A DNA stretch of 64,000 nucleotides. Source: a candidate division WOR-3 bacterium (lineage in GTDB: Bacteria > Hydrothermota > Hydrothermia > Hydrothermales > JAJRUZ01). Below the pieces are notes generated by a model. It ran no database searches and was not told where the DNA came from. It saw only the letters and a list, made by a program, of their open reading frames with translations. The stretch is from the NCBI GenBank assembly GCA_039804025.1, contig JBDRZP010000007.1, positions 2,719 to 66,718 of the forward strand, given 5' to 3'. Below, one piece after another: positions 44,863 through 55,958 of the stretch (its first letter is position 1; each line of letters begins with the position of its first letter). The position numbers and the translations under genes are program-made.

Positions 44863-46356
44863 TTATCTATTTGAAGCTTCAATCAATTTTTTTAAAATTT
44901 TAATTTTTTCTTTCAATTCCTCAAAAAGTTTTAAACTCATTCTCCATTTCCAGTTACCAATTTTTGTCCCCGGTTTATTAATTCTTGCCTCTTCACCAAG
45001 AAATAAAATATCATAAACAGGAATTATTATAACACTTGCTCTTGAAAAAAGCATCTTTTTCATTATCCCGTTCCAGATATCATCTTCTGAGGAAATATTA
45101 AGATAATCTAAAATAAATTTTTTTATATTATCTTTTATTTCCTTCTCAAACCAACCTTTTAAGGTATTTGTATCATGAGTTGAGGTGTATCCAAAGGATT
45201 TTTCAGGATAATTATGGGGTAAATGGGGATTATTTAAATTTAAATCTCCAAAACCAAATTGAAAAACCCTCATTCCAGGAATATCATAAATTTTCATAAT
45301 CTCAACAACATCATCAGTTATAAAACCAAGATCTTCTGCAATTAAATTAAACTTACCAAATTTTTTAAAAATAAAATCAAAAAATTCTCTTGCAGGAGCC
45401 TTTACCCACTCACCAATCCTTGCATCCTCACTTCCATAAGGAATCTGATAATAACCAACAAAACCTCTAAAGTGGTCTATTCTTATATAATCATAAAATT
45501 TTAAATTATGAAAAATCCTTTTAACCCAGAAATCAAAATTTCTCTCCCTTAATTTATCCCAATCATAAACTGGATTCCCCCATAATTGACCTTTTTCAGA
45601 AAAATAATCAGGCGGAACTCCTGAAACATAAAGAGGTTTTTTATTTTCATCAAGTTTAAAAATTTGAGGATTCTCCCAGACATCAGCACTATCATAGGAG
45701 ACATAAATAGGTATATCACCTATTATTTTTACTCCCCTTTTATTTGCATATCTTTTAAGAGTTATAAACTGTTTATAAAAAATATACTGAACAAATTTTA
45801 CTTTTTCTATTTCCCTTTCATATTTCCTCTCCAGTTTTCCAATCACCTCAGGAGACCTATCCCTTATTTTACTTTCCCACTCATTCCATATAGTTTTAAA
45901 TTCATTTTTTAAAACAGTAAATAAAGAATAAGAATTTAACCAGTAATCATTTTCTCTACAAAATTTCAAAAATTTATCCTCTTCATTTTTTTTCTTGAAA
46001 TTATAATAGGCAATATCTAAAATAACTCTTTTAAAATCATAAATCCTTTCGTATTCTACTTCATTTTCCTTAAAGTCAGGAACTTTTTTCAGTATGTCTT
46101 TACTTAATAAATCTTCCTTGATTAAAAAATAAGGTGAAATAAATAAAAAATTGTAAGCAAAGGCTGAATAACTCATGTAAGGAGAAAAAAGACCAGATTT
46201 ATCAACTGGATTTAAAGGCAAAATCTGCCAGAATTTAATTTTATTTTCAGCTAAAATATCAACAAATTTATAAGCAAAACCACCAAAATCTCCTATACCA
46301 AAAGGTGAAGGTAATGAAAATATAGGAAGTAAAACACCACATCCCCTCTCATTCAT
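44863..46356 (-). CDS. malQ: 4-alpha-glucanotransferase (amylomaltase, GH77)
   Basis: N-terminus GVLLPIFSLPSPFGIGDFG is the GH77 hallmark. Confidence 0.85.
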   Translation of the reverse strand: MNERGCGVLLPIFSLPSPFGIGDFGGFAYKFVDILAENKIKFWQILPLNPVDKSGLFSPYMSYSAFAYNFLFISPYFLIKEDLLSKDILKKVPDFKENEVEYERIYDFKRVILDIAYYNFKKKNEEDKFLKFCRENDYWLNSYSLFTVLKNEFKTIWNEWESKIRDRSPEVIGKLERKYEREIEKVKFVQYIFYKQFITLKRYANKRGVKIIGDIPIYVSYDSADVWENPQIFKLDENKKPLYVSGVPPDYFSEKGQLWGNPVYDWDKLRERNFDFWVKRIFHNLKFYDYIRIDHFRGFVGYYQIPYGSEDARIGEWVKAPAREFFDFIFKKFGKFNLIAEDLGFITDDVVEIMKIYDIPGMRVFQFGFGDLNLNNPHLPHNYPEKSFGYTSTHDTNTLKGWFEKEIKDNIKKFILDYLNISSEDDIWNGIMKKMLFSRASVIIIPVYDILFLGEEARINKPGTKIGNWKWRMSLKLFEELKEKIKILKKLIEASNR

Positions 46357-48229
46357 TTTTTAAGTATAAAACAGCAAGTGGAGGTAAAGTTAATTCTATT
46401 GAATAATTTCTTCCGTGAAAGGGAATATCTTGTGAATAAATTTCACCATTTTTAACACCACTTCCTCCAAAATTTGTATCATCACTGTTTAGAATCTCAA
46501 AATATTTTCCCTTTTTAGGAACTCCGATTCTGTAATTATATCTAACAACAGGGGTAAAATTACATACAACAAGAATAAAATCACCCTTTTTATCCTTTCT
46601 TATAAAACTTATAACGCTTTGTTCTCTATCGTTAAAATCAATCCATTCAAAACCTTCTGAATAAAAATCAGTTTCATGAAAACATTTTTCTTTCTTATAA
46701 ATTTCATTTAACTTCTTAACAAAATTAAAAAGAGAGTTGTTATAATGATTATTAAGTAAAGAAAAATTAATTTCAGAATCATGATTCCATTCTCTATCCT
46801 CACCGATTTCATTTCCCATAAAAAGAAGTTTTTTTCCAGGATGAGCATACATATAACCATACAAAAGTCTTAAATTGGCAAACTTTTGCCAAGTATCACC
46901 TGGCATCTTATTCAAAAGTGAACCCTTTCCATGGACAACTTCATCATGGGATAAAGGCAATATAAAATTTTCAGAAAAAGCATACCATATACTGAAAGTT
47001 ATTTTATCGTGATGATATTTTCTATAAATTGGATCCTTTGAAAAATAAAAAAGAGTATCATGCATCCATCCCATGTTCCATTTCATTCCAAAACCAAGTC
47101 CTCCTTCGTCAACCCTTCTTGAAACTTTAGGCCAGGAAGTTGATTCTTCAGCGACTGTGTGGATCCCCTCAAATTCTCTATAAAGGTAAGAATTCATTTC
47201 TTTTAAAAAATCAATGGCTTCAAGATTTTCTCTACCTCCATAAATATTTGGAATCCATTCACCTTCTTTTCTTGAATAATCAAGATAAAGCATTGAAGCT
47301 ACTGCATCCACCCTTAAACCATCTGCATGGTATTTATCAAGCCAGAAACAGGCACTTGAAATTAAAAAAGACTTAACTTCATTTCTTCCATAATTAAAAA
47401 TCAAACTATCCCAGTCAGGATGCCATCCTTTTCTTCTATCCATATGCTCATAGAGATTAGTTCCGTCATAAAAAGACAATGCAAAATCATCTTTTGAAAA
47501 ATGTGAGGGAACAAAATCAAGAAAAACTGCAATTTTATTCTTATGTAAATAATCTATCAAAAACATCAAATCTTCTGGTTTTCCGTACCTTGAAGTGGGA
47601 GCAAAATATCCTGTTACTAAATATCCCCATGATCCATAAAAAGGATGTTCCATTAAAGGTAAAAATTCAATATGGGTAAATCCAAGTTCTTTCACATATT
47701 CACAGAGTAAAGGGGCTATTTCCCTGTAATTAAAAAATTTACCGTTCTTTTTTTTCCATGAGCCAAGATGAACCTCATATATCGAAATAGGGGCTTCATG
47801 ATGATTTATTTTTTTTCTCTCCTTTAACCATTCCTCATCATTCCATTTATAATCCAGTCTCCATACAATGGAAGCTGTTCGCGGTGGTTCCTCAAAACAA
47901 AAAGCAAAAGGGTCCTGTTTGTAAGCTGAATAATTATTAAACTTTGATACAATAAAATATTTATAAAGGGATCCATTCAAATCTTTTTCAACTATTCCCT
48001 CCCATATTCCAGAACCATCCCATCTAACAAAAAGTGGATTTCTTTCTGGTTCCCAATTATTGAATTCACCTACTACATAAACTTTTTCAGCATTAGGAGC
48101 CCATACTGCAAAATAGGTTATATATTTCCCATTTACCTTTATAACATGTGAGCCAAGTTTTTCATAAAGTTTATAATGTGAGCCTTTTTTAAATAAATAA
48201 ATATCATAATCAGTGAAAAGAGAAAACAT
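46349..48229 (-). CDS. glgB: 1,4-alpha-glucan branching enzyme (GH13_9)
   Basis: YEKLGSHVIKVNGKYITYFAVWAPNAEKVYVVGEFNNWE N-terminal CBM48 region plus GH13 catalytic blocks (GLRVDAVASMLY, FMGNEIG). Confidence 0.9.
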   Translation of the reverse strand: MFSLFTDYDIYLFKKGSHYKLYEKLGSHVIKVNGKYITYFAVWAPNAEKVYVVGEFNNWEPERNPLFVRWDGSGIWEGIVEKDLNGSLYKYFIVSKFNNYSAYKQDPFAFCFEEPPRTASIVWRLDYKWNDEEWLKERKKINHHEAPISIYEVHLGSWKKKNGKFFNYREIAPLLCEYVKELGFTHIEFLPLMEHPFYGSWGYLVTGYFAPTSRYGKPEDLMFLIDYLHKNKIAVFLDFVPSHFSKDDFALSFYDGTNLYEHMDRRKGWHPDWDSLIFNYGRNEVKSFLISSACFWLDKYHADGLRVDAVASMLYLDYSRKEGEWIPNIYGGRENLEAIDFLKEMNSYLYREFEGIHTVAEESTSWPKVSRRVDEGGLGFGMKWNMGWMHDTLFYFSKDPIYRKYHHDKITFSIWYAFSENFILPLSHDEVVHGKGSLLNKMPGDTWQKFANLRLLYGYMYAHPGKKLLFMGNEIGEDREWNHDSEINFSLLNNHYNNSLFNFVKKLNEIYKKEKCFHETDFYSEGFEWIDFNDREQSVISFIRKDKKGDFILVVCNFTPVVRYNYRIGVPKKGKYFEILNSDDTNFGGSGVKNGEIYSQDIPFHGRNYSIELTLPPLAVLYLKNE

Positions 48230-48232
48230 TGA

Positions 48233-49261
48233 TTATTTTACTTCCCTTAAATACCTTGCCGCCTCCTCAGGAGATATTGGATTTATATAAAAACCTGAAC
48301 CCCACTCAAAACCTGCAATATAAGTTATTCTTGGTATTATCTCAATATGAAAATGGTAATCAAGATGTATTGTCTCCCAATAATAAGGTCTTCCAGGTCT
48401 TGGTCTTATAACAGGGGATGTGTGAATTACAAAATTATAGGGGGGGTCATTTAAAAGAAGTTTAATTCTCAAAAGAACATCTTTTAAAACAATTGATAAA
48501 TCTTTTATTTCTTCATTATCCATCAAAGTAAAATCATGACTGTGTTTTAAAGGGAAAATCCATGTTTCAAAAGGAAAAGAAGAAGCATAAGGGCACCAGA
48601 CTAAAAATTTTTCAGTTTTGTATACAATTCTTTCACCTAAAGAAACTTCCTGGTCAATTAAATCACAGAATATACATCTTTCCTTTCTTTTATAATGTTC
48701 CTTTGCTGCCTCAAGTTCTGCAACCACTGCAAGAGGAATTATAGGAGTCGCAATAAGTTGAGAATGAGAATGATATAAAGAAGCACCAGCATCCTTTCCG
48801 TAATTTTTAAAAATTAAAATGTATCTGAATCTTATATCTTTTGTTAAATCTATATATCTTTCTTTAAAGGCTATAAGCACATTTTTTATATCATCATGAT
48901 TCATATCTTGAAGTTGAGTTTCATGGTTAGGTGTTTCAATGATTACCTCATGGGCACCTATTCCTGAAACATGATCAAAAAGCCCAACTCCCTTTCTCAT
49001 TAGTTCTCCCTCAATTCTTAAAGCTGGAAATTTATTAGGAACAACCCTCACTTTCCAACCTGGTTTATCTCTTTGTGTTCCCTCTTTTCTTATAGAAAAA
49101 ACCTCCTTCGGGGTTTTATCCTCATTTCCTTCACAGAAAGGACATGTATCCTTTGGGGGTATCTCTTCTTTTTCTCTTTGAAAATCTTTTGGTCTTAAAC
49201 CTCTTTCAGGAGAAATTATGGTCCACCTCCATCTTATAGGGTCATATCTTAATTCAGGCAT
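48233..49261 (-). CDS. galactose-1-phosphate uridylyltransferase-family (GalT-like HIT) nucleotidyltransferase
   Basis: ELRYDPIRWRWTIISPERGLRPKDF...CPFCEGNE and HSQLIATP (HxHxQ-like) motifs. Confidence 0.7.
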   Translation of the reverse strand: MPELRYDPIRWRWTIISPERGLRPKDFQREKEEIPPKDTCPFCEGNEDKTPKEVFSIRKEGTQRDKPGWKVRVVPNKFPALRIEGELMRKGVGLFDHVSGIGAHEVIIETPNHETQLQDMNHDDIKNVLIAFKERYIDLTKDIRFRYILIFKNYGKDAGASLYHSHSQLIATPIIPLAVVAELEAAKEHYKRKERCIFCDLIDQEVSLGERIVYKTEKFLVWCPYASSFPFETWIFPLKHSHDFTLMDNEEIKDLSIVLKDVLLRIKLLLNDPPYNFVIHTSPVIRPRPGRPYYWETIHLDYHFHIEIIPRITYIAGFEWGSGFYINPISPEEAARYLREVK

Positions 49262-49276
49262 ATTATTTTCTCCTTT

Positions 49277-51331
49277 TTAAACAAAATTATAATCTTCTTC
49301 TTTTTTTTCAATCAGATAGTAACCGTATATAGGATGTCTGCATACATTTTTATTTTCAATAGCCAAAAAGAGATATATATTATTATAAAGATTTTTTATT
49401 CTTAATTCAAAAATTTTATCTGCCTTAAATTCAAGGTCATAAGGTAAATTATCTTTTTCAAATTTAAAAATTTTTTCAAAGTTATCTGACTTTATAGCAA
49501 TCAAAATTTTATAACCTTCCTCAAAAATTTCATTAAAATTCTTTTTTGCATCAATTCTTAAACAGAAATTTTTCTCTTCATCCCATCCAAAGTAAAGAAA
49601 CTTTAAAATACATTTATGTTCTATATCCAGGTCAATAGTACCTGCATTTGCCCATTCATAAAAATTTGTTATTTTACCGTCAATAACAGGATATATAAAT
49701 CCTGAAATATTCTTCAAGAAATTTTTATGAATTTCCTTTTTAATTGGATTATTAAGAAAATCAGGGTATTTTTTACCTAAATTTTTGTAAACATTTTTTA
49801 AATGTTCTCTAAATAAAATATCAAACTCTGGAGCATAAAATGTAGGATTATCATAACCAAGCCACCAGAAAAAGTCACTACCCTCTGCAAAAAGCATTGA
49901 ATACATAGATTTTTCATTTTTTAGAAAATCTCTTCCAATATCCTCTCTTACTTTTTTTAAGATAGTCCAACCTTCATTTTTCTCATCATCCCCCATCCAT
50001 GTGGTAAAATCACTTCTTATCCATGAACCTGGATGAATTCTCTCTAAAACTCCCTTATCCTTAAAATCAAAACCTTGCTCGAAAGTTGAAAAAACAATAA
50101 AATCTTTTTGGGAGAGTGTTTCATAAAACTTTCTTAAAAACAAAATCCCCCCTTTCTCATAATGAATCCAAGGATTTTCTCCGTCAAGAATTACTGTTAC
50201 CCATAAATTCTTCCCTTTTCTTCTTAAATTTTCAAGGTAATTAACAAAATCTGAAACTGCTTCCTCTGACTTAAGATTTTTATAAACAAAACCTATCTTG
50301 TCAGATAAAACTCTATCTCTAAAAAATAAAAGAATTTCACCTTCTTTCCCCCTGTAAATGTAAGGTTTATAGAGTTCATCTCTTATTTCCCAAGGCTTTT
50401 CTCTTAAAGGTATATTTATACTCCTTTCAAGAATACCCTCATCAGTCATTGTAAATTGAATTTTTTTTCTAATAAATAAATCAAGGGTTTTGTCTGATAC
50501 ACTACCTTCAGAAGGCCATATACCTTTAATTTCTGTATTGAATTCTTTTCTCATGTAAGATAAAGCAAGATCTATATGCATTTCTGCATCCTCTGTATGG
50601 GAAAATTCAACCATTCTTTCTTTAATATGAGGTGATGATATTTCAAAGGACTTACTTTCTATTATAAGGGGAAGAATTGGATGTGAAAAGGGGGATGTTG
50701 TTAATAAAACTTTTTTATTTTCAATAAGTTCTTTATAAATTTTAACAAGTTCTTCAATTATTTCAAAGCATATTTTTAAAATTTCTTTTTTGTCCTCTTC
50801 AGAATAATTTTCTTTTTTTTCTCCGAGTTCCTTTAAAATTTTATTTTCCTCTTTTTTAATTTCAGAAATACTTGAATATATAAAATAAAACATTATATCC
50901 CTTAATTCATTATTTGAAAAAAATTTTATTTTTTTCTCAAGTCCTAGAATGTTCCCCCTTTTTATAAAAAGGTAATTAAATCTCTCATAAGGTTTAATCT
51001 GTTTCTCGTAATTTAGAGAAAAAAAATTCCTCAAAACAAAAATTTTTTCATCATTTTCCATTTGAGAAGGGTCCTTTTTAAAAATATTAAGCCATAAACA
51101 GGAAACATCTTTTTCTAAATATTTTTTTATCTGATACCAGAGAGTGGGGGTTATGTTAAAAGTAACCTTCACATTTTGAGGTGTATCAACTAAAATTCTC
51201 CCCATATCATAATACTCCCTTATTGCATGAATAAATACCCATGGAAAGAAAAAATATTCCCTTTCAGGTTCAAGAAGAAAATATGAAGGTTGATGAAGGT
51301 GCCAGAGAATAGAAAGGTTTATATCTTTCAT
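49277..51331 (-). CDS. glycoside hydrolase family 57 protein (alpha-amylase/branching-enzyme-like)
   Basis: N-terminus INLSILWHLHQPSY is the GH57 signature; 684 aa. Confidence 0.7.
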   Translation of the reverse strand: MKDINLSILWHLHQPSYFLLEPEREYFFFPWVFIHAIREYYDMGRILVDTPQNVKVTFNITPTLWYQIKKYLEKDVSCLWLNIFKKDPSQMENDEKIFVLRNFFSLNYEKQIKPYERFNYLFIKRGNILGLEKKIKFFSNNELRDIMFYFIYSSISEIKKEENKILKELGEKKENYSEEDKKEILKICFEIIEELVKIYKELIENKKVLLTTSPFSHPILPLIIESKSFEISSPHIKERMVEFSHTEDAEMHIDLALSYMRKEFNTEIKGIWPSEGSVSDKTLDLFIRKKIQFTMTDEGILERSINIPLREKPWEIRDELYKPYIYRGKEGEILLFFRDRVLSDKIGFVYKNLKSEEAVSDFVNYLENLRRKGKNLWVTVILDGENPWIHYEKGGILFLRKFYETLSQKDFIVFSTFEQGFDFKDKGVLERIHPGSWIRSDFTTWMGDDEKNEGWTILKKVREDIGRDFLKNEKSMYSMLFAEGSDFFWWLGYDNPTFYAPEFDILFREHLKNVYKNLGKKYPDFLNNPIKKEIHKNFLKNISGFIYPVIDGKITNFYEWANAGTIDLDIEHKCILKFLYFGWDEEKNFCLRIDAKKNFNEIFEEGYKILIAIKSDNFEKIFKFEKDNLPYDLEFKADKIFELRIKNLYNNIYLFLAIENKNVCRHPIYGYYLIEKKEEDYNFV

Positions 51332-51385
51332 GGATGGTAATTATAAAATTAGAAAAAAAGCAAAAACAAATAAAAGTTTGAAAAA

Positions 51386-52858
51386 ATGAAAAATGTTAAA
51401 TATAATATTAAAAATTTTTATAAAATGAAAATTGCCTATTTCTCTGCAGAAGTTTATCCCTTTTCAAAAGTTGGTGGACTTGCAGATGTGGCAGGTTCAC
51501 TTCCTATTTTTATAAAAAATAAAGGAATTAACATAATAGTTTTATCGCCTTATTACTCAAAATTTATTAAAGAAAAAAACTTTAAAATCAAGGAAAAAGT
51601 AGAACTGAAGGTAGAATTTGATAATAAAAATTTAATAACAGAATGGATTCATATTTCCTATAAAAATGTTTCCTTTTACCTTTTAAAATATGAGGAATAT
51701 TTTGGAAGAGATTATATTTATGTGCCCTCATCAGGTGAAGATGAAAAACAGTATAAGAGATTCGCTCTATTTTCTTATGCATCCCTTTTATTTTTAAAAA
51801 AAATTAACTTTAAACCCGATATAATTCATATAAATGACTGGCACACTTCTTTTATACCTCTATATATAAAAAGAAAATTTAATAGAGATGAATTTTTTAA
51901 AGAAATAAAAATTTTGCTTACAATTCATAACCTTTCCTATCAGGGGATTTATGAGAAAAAAGTTTTGAAGGAAATTGGATTTGATGAAGAAATAAAAGAA
52001 ATAGAAAGTAACGGAAATATCAATTTCTTAAAAGCAGGAATTTTATTTTCTGATTATATAAACACAGTAAGCAAAAGCTATTCTGAGGAAATATTAACTC
52101 CTCAGTTTGGATGCGGACTTGATGAAATTTTAAAAAGTAAGAAAAATAAAATTTATGGAATATTAAACGGTATAGATTACGAGGAATGGAACCCAGAAAA
52201 AGATAAGGATATTTATAAAAATTATAGTATCAAAGATTTTAAGGAAGGAAAGGAAATAAATAAGAAAAAGTTAAGGGAAGAATTTAATTTAAAAGATGAT
52301 AACTCAATTTTAATAGGAATGGTATCAAGATTAACATATCAAAAGGGAATAGATTTACTTATTGAATCTTTCAATGAATTTTTTAAAAGAGAACTCCAAT
52401 TTATTTTACTTGCAACAGGAGAAAAGAGATATGAGGATAAAGTAAAGGAATTTGAAGTTAAGTATAAAGAAAAGTTCAGATTTTTACCAAAATTTGATTT
52501 AATCCTTGCCAAAAAAATTTATGCAGGCTCAGATCTTTTCTTAATTCCATCTATATTTGAACCCTGTGGTCTTACACAAATGATATCAATGAGATTTGGA
52601 ACAATTCCTTTTGGTTTTAAAACAGGGGGGCTAAAAGATTCAATCAAAGATTATGAAGAAGGAGGATATGGTTTTTTATTTGATGAATATAAAAAGGAAA
52701 AATTTATTGAAAAACTTGATAAAATTATTTCGGTTTTTAAAGATAAAGAAAAATGGAATAAATTAATAGAGGAATGCATGAGAAAGGACTTTTCCTGGGA
52801 AAATTCAGCGAAGGAGTATATAAAATTATATGAAAGAATAAAATATGAGGGAGTTTAA
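51386..52858 (+). CDS. glgA: glycogen synthase (GT5, ADP-glucose type)
   Basis: KIAYFSAEVYPFSKVGGLADVAGSLP N-terminal motif. Confidence 0.85.
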   Translation: MKNVKYNIKNFYKMKIAYFSAEVYPFSKVGGLADVAGSLPIFIKNKGINIIVLSPYYSKFIKEKNFKIKEKVELKVEFDNKNLITEWIHISYKNVSFYLLKYEEYFGRDYIYVPSSGEDEKQYKRFALFSYASLLFLKKINFKPDIIHINDWHTSFIPLYIKRKFNRDEFFKEIKILLTIHNLSYQGIYEKKVLKEIGFDEEIKEIESNGNINFLKAGILFSDYINTVSKSYSEEILTPQFGCGLDEILKSKKNKIYGILNGIDYEEWNPEKDKDIYKNYSIKDFKEGKEINKKKLREEFNLKDDNSILIGMVSRLTYQKGIDLLIESFNEFFKRELQFILLATGEKRYEDKVKEFEVKYKEKFRFLPKFDLILAKKIYAGSDLFLIPSIFEPCGLTQMISMRFGTIPFGFKTGGLKDSIKDYEEGGYGFLFDEYKKEKFIEKLDKIISVFKDKEKWNKLIEECMRKDFSWENSAKEYIKLYERIKYEGV

Positions 52859-54074
52859 TCATTTAAAAATAATCACACTTATTTTAGCAGGAGGAAAGGG
52901 TGAAAGACTTTACCCTTTAACAAAATTCAGAACAAAGCCAGCAGTTCCTTTTGGTGGAAAATATAGGATTATTGATTTTGTGCTCTCCAATTTAACAAAT
53001 TCAGGTTTCCTTTCTATATATGTTTTAACACAGTATAAAGCACAGAGTTTAACAGAACATATTGAACAGGGTTGGCAGCTTGGAAGTGCCTTAAGAAGAA
53101 GGAATTTCTTTATAACAATTGCTCCTGCACAAATGTGGATGGGTGAAGAGTGGTATAAAGGAACAGCAGATGCTGTTTATCAAAATTTTCATTTACTTTC
53201 AAACTTTGACCCTGATATAGTTCTTGTTTTTGCAGCAGATCATGTTTATAAAATGGATGTTTCTCAAATGTTAAGGTTTCACCTTGAAAAGGATGCAGAT
53301 TTTACAGTATGTGGTATTCCTGTCACAACTCAAGATATATCTCATTATGGAATAATATGCTCTGATAATGAAAACAGAGTTTGTGGATTCTGGGAAAAGC
53401 CGAAAACTTTACCCCCTGAATTAAAAGATAAAAAATTATTTATATCTATGGGTAATTATATTTTTAGAAGGGAATTTCTTGAAGAAATTTTAATTGAAGA
53501 TTCAAGGGATGAAAAAAGTTCTCATGATTTTGGTAAAGATATTTTGCCTAAAGTTTACAAAAATTCAAGGGTATTTATATATGATTTCTCACAAAACAAA
53601 ATAAGAGGTGAAGAATTTAACTACTGGCGTGATGTAGGAACAATAAAGGAATATTATGAAGCAAACATGGATTTATTAAAAATTCCTCCTCCTTTAAATT
53701 TATGGAATCCACACTGGACAATAGGAACTGTAAGCTTTAAAGATCCACCTTGTTTTATAGAAAAAAATGCAGAAGTTTATAATTCAATAATTGCAGAAGG
53801 AACAAGAATATTTAAAGGTGCAAAAGTTATAAATTCAGTAATTGGTAGAAATTGTATTATAGAAGAAAATGCTATTATTGAAGATTCAATAATTCATTAT
53901 GGAGTAAAAATAAGAAAAAAAAGTATTGTTAAAAAATGCATAATTGATAAATTTGTGGAAATTGAAAAAGAAACTAATGTTTGGGAAGATAAAAAAGAAA
54001 ACTATGAAATAAGGGATAACATTCTAATAATTCCATCCCCTCCACCATCTATGAGAACAAGTAAAATTTCTTAA
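52845..54074 (+). CDS. glgC: glucose-1-phosphate adenylyltransferase
   Basis: ILAGGKGERLYPLTKFRTKPAVPFGGKYRIIDFVLSNLTNSG matches GlgC N-terminus almost residue for residue. Confidence 0.9.
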   Translation: MREFNHLKIITLILAGGKGERLYPLTKFRTKPAVPFGGKYRIIDFVLSNLTNSGFLSIYVLTQYKAQSLTEHIEQGWQLGSALRRRNFFITIAPAQMWMGEEWYKGTADAVYQNFHLLSNFDPDIVLVFAADHVYKMDVSQMLRFHLEKDADFTVCGIPVTTQDISHYGIICSDNENRVCGFWEKPKTLPPELKDKKLFISMGNYIFRREFLEEILIEDSRDEKSSHDFGKDILPKVYKNSRVFIYDFSQNKIRGEEFNYWRDVGTIKEYYEANMDLLKIPPPLNLWNPHWTIGTVSFKDPPCFIEKNAEVYNSIIAEGTRIFKGAKVINSVIGRNCIIEENAIIEDSIIHYGVKIRKKSIVKKCIIDKFVEIEKETNVWEDKKENYEIRDNILIIPSPPPSMRTSKIS

Positions 54075-54098
54075 ATAATGGGTTCTTTATAAAGATAA

Positions 54099-55856
54099 CT
54101 AAAGGGCTACTTTTTCTTTTAACAGAAGATTTTCAATTTCTTTCTCAACCAGCTCTTTTTCTGTTTTAAATTCCTCCAATGGTTTTTCCTTTAATCTTAT
54201 AATCCTATCAATAAGTTCAGGATTCAAAATTTTCTCAATTTCTATTTCTTCTTTCAAAGCCTTTTCACCTGTTAAATAGAACTTCTGAATAACTTTCATC
54301 ATACCATACTGTTTTTCAAGGGGACAGGTATAATCCACTTCATCAAAGGCACTCTGCTGTAAGAATCCATCCCTTATTATTCTTCCAGTTTCAAGTAATA
54401 ACCTTTCATGATCTTCAAGAGCATCAGGACCAACAAGCTGGACAATTTCTTCAAGTTCAGCATTCTTCTGTAAAACTTCTCCTGCCCATCTTCTTAATTC
54501 AGGAAAATCAGGAGCAACGTTTTCCCTGAACCATTTTTCCATTAGTTCAAAATAAAGGGTATATGACCTTAACCAGTTTATAGCTGGATAATGTCTTCTA
54601 TATGCAAGTGCAGTATCAAGTGCCCACAAAGCACCTACAACTCTCAATGTGCTCTGGGTAACAGGTTCAGAAAAATCTCCACCAGGAGGGGATACAGCAC
54701 CAACAGCAGTAACAGAACCTTCATATTCATCACCTGCAAGAGGAATAACCCTACCTGTTCTTTCATAAAAAGCAGCAAGTTTTGCAGCAAGATAGGGGGG
54801 ATAACCTTCTTCTCCAGGCATTTCTTCAAGTCTTGAAGATATTTCCCTTAAAGCCTCAGCCCATCTTGAAGTTGAGTCTGCAAGCAATAAAACATTATAA
54901 CCCATGTCTCTATAATACTCAGCGAGGGTTATTCCAACATAAATTGATGCCTCTCTTGCTGCAACTGGCATATTTGATGTGTTTACAACTAAAATAGTTC
55001 TATCCATAAGTGGAGCACCCTTATGGAAGGGATCATCAAGTTCAGGGAATTCAATAAGAACTTCAGTCATCTCATTACCTCTTTCTCCACAACCAATATA
55101 TATAACAACTTCAACAAGAGAACATTTTGCAAGTGTCTGCTCTGTAACAGTTTTTCCAGTTCCAAAACCACCAGGTATTGCAGCATTCCCACCAAGAGCA
55201 ATAGGAAAGAAAAAGTCAAGAACCCTCTGTCCTGTTATTAAAGGTTTCTCAGGTCCCATTCTTTTTCTAAAAGGTCTTGGAACCCTGACTGGCCACCTGT
55301 GATATAGTTTTAATTCAGTTCCATCTTCAAGAATACATACAACATCTTCAACTGTAAAAGAACCACTTTTAATTTCCTTAATTCTTGAAGGTTTGACATT
55401 GGGTGGAACTAAAATTCTATGTCTTATACTCTGCGTCTCCTGTACCTCTCCTATTATTCTTCCTGGCCAAACTTCATCTCCCTTTTTCAATAAAGGCTCA
55501 AAATCCCATTTTTTATTCCTATCAAGAGCATTTGCCACAACACCTCTTTTAATAAAATCTCCAACCTTATCTCTTAGAACCTGCAAAGGTCTTTGAACAC
55601 CATCAAAAGCTGTGGTTAAAAGACCTGGACCAAGTTCTACAGATAAGGATTCTCCAGTTCTTTCAACAGGTTCACCTACAAAAAGTCCTGAAGTATCTTC
55701 ATAAACCTGAATAAAGGCAAGGTCTTCTTTAAGTCTTATAATTTCTCCTACAAGACCTTCGTTTCCCACTCTAACAATTTCATTCATTCTTGCACCACGC
55801 ATATTTTTAGCAACTACAAGAGCACCCGAAATCCTTGTAATTACAGGTTTTTCCAT
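54099..55856 (-). CDS. atpA: V-type ATP synthase catalytic subunit A
   Basis: 585 aa; N-terminal barrel, P-loop GGFGTGKTV, and long collinear similarity to Thermus/Enterococcus V-ATPase A (e.g. [45 protein letters not shown]). Confidence 0.85.
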   Translation of the reverse strand: MEKPVITRISGALVVAKNMRGARMNEIVRVGNEGLVGEIIRLKEDLAFIQVYEDTSGLFVGEPVERTGESLSVELGPGLLTTAFDGVQRPLQVLRDKVGDFIKRGVVANALDRNKKWDFEPLLKKGDEVWPGRIIGEVQETQSIRHRILVPPNVKPSRIKEIKSGSFTVEDVVCILEDGTELKLYHRWPVRVPRPFRKRMGPEKPLITGQRVLDFFFPIALGGNAAIPGGFGTGKTVTEQTLAKCSLVEVVIYIGCGERGNEMTEVLIEFPELDDPFHKGAPLMDRTILVVNTSNMPVAAREASIYVGITLAEYYRDMGYNVLLLADSTSRWAEALREISSRLEEMPGEEGYPPYLAAKLAAFYERTGRVIPLAGDEYEGSVTAVGAVSPPGGDFSEPVTQSTLRVVGALWALDTALAYRRHYPAINWLRSYTLYFELMEKWFRENVAPDFPELRRWAGEVLQKNAELEEIVQLVGPDALEDHERLLLETGRIIRDGFLQQSAFDEVDYTCPLEKQYGMMKVIQKFYLTGEKALKEEIEIEKILNPELIDRIIRLKEKPLEEFKTEKELVEKEIENLLLKEKVAL

Positions 55857-55958
55857 AAGTTTTCCTCCTTTATTTTTATTAAATAAAATTTATTATAATC
55901 TTTTTGTATTTTAAAGTTCAATTTTGAAAACAAGTTTAAAAATTTCTTATTTTAAAAT

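Noticed and set aside
54591-55596. Several short plus-strand ORFs (54591..54836, 54782..54997, 54979..55302, 55023..55241, 55393..55596)
   Set aside because: All are antisense to the V-type ATPase A gene and show no motifs. They are spurious.
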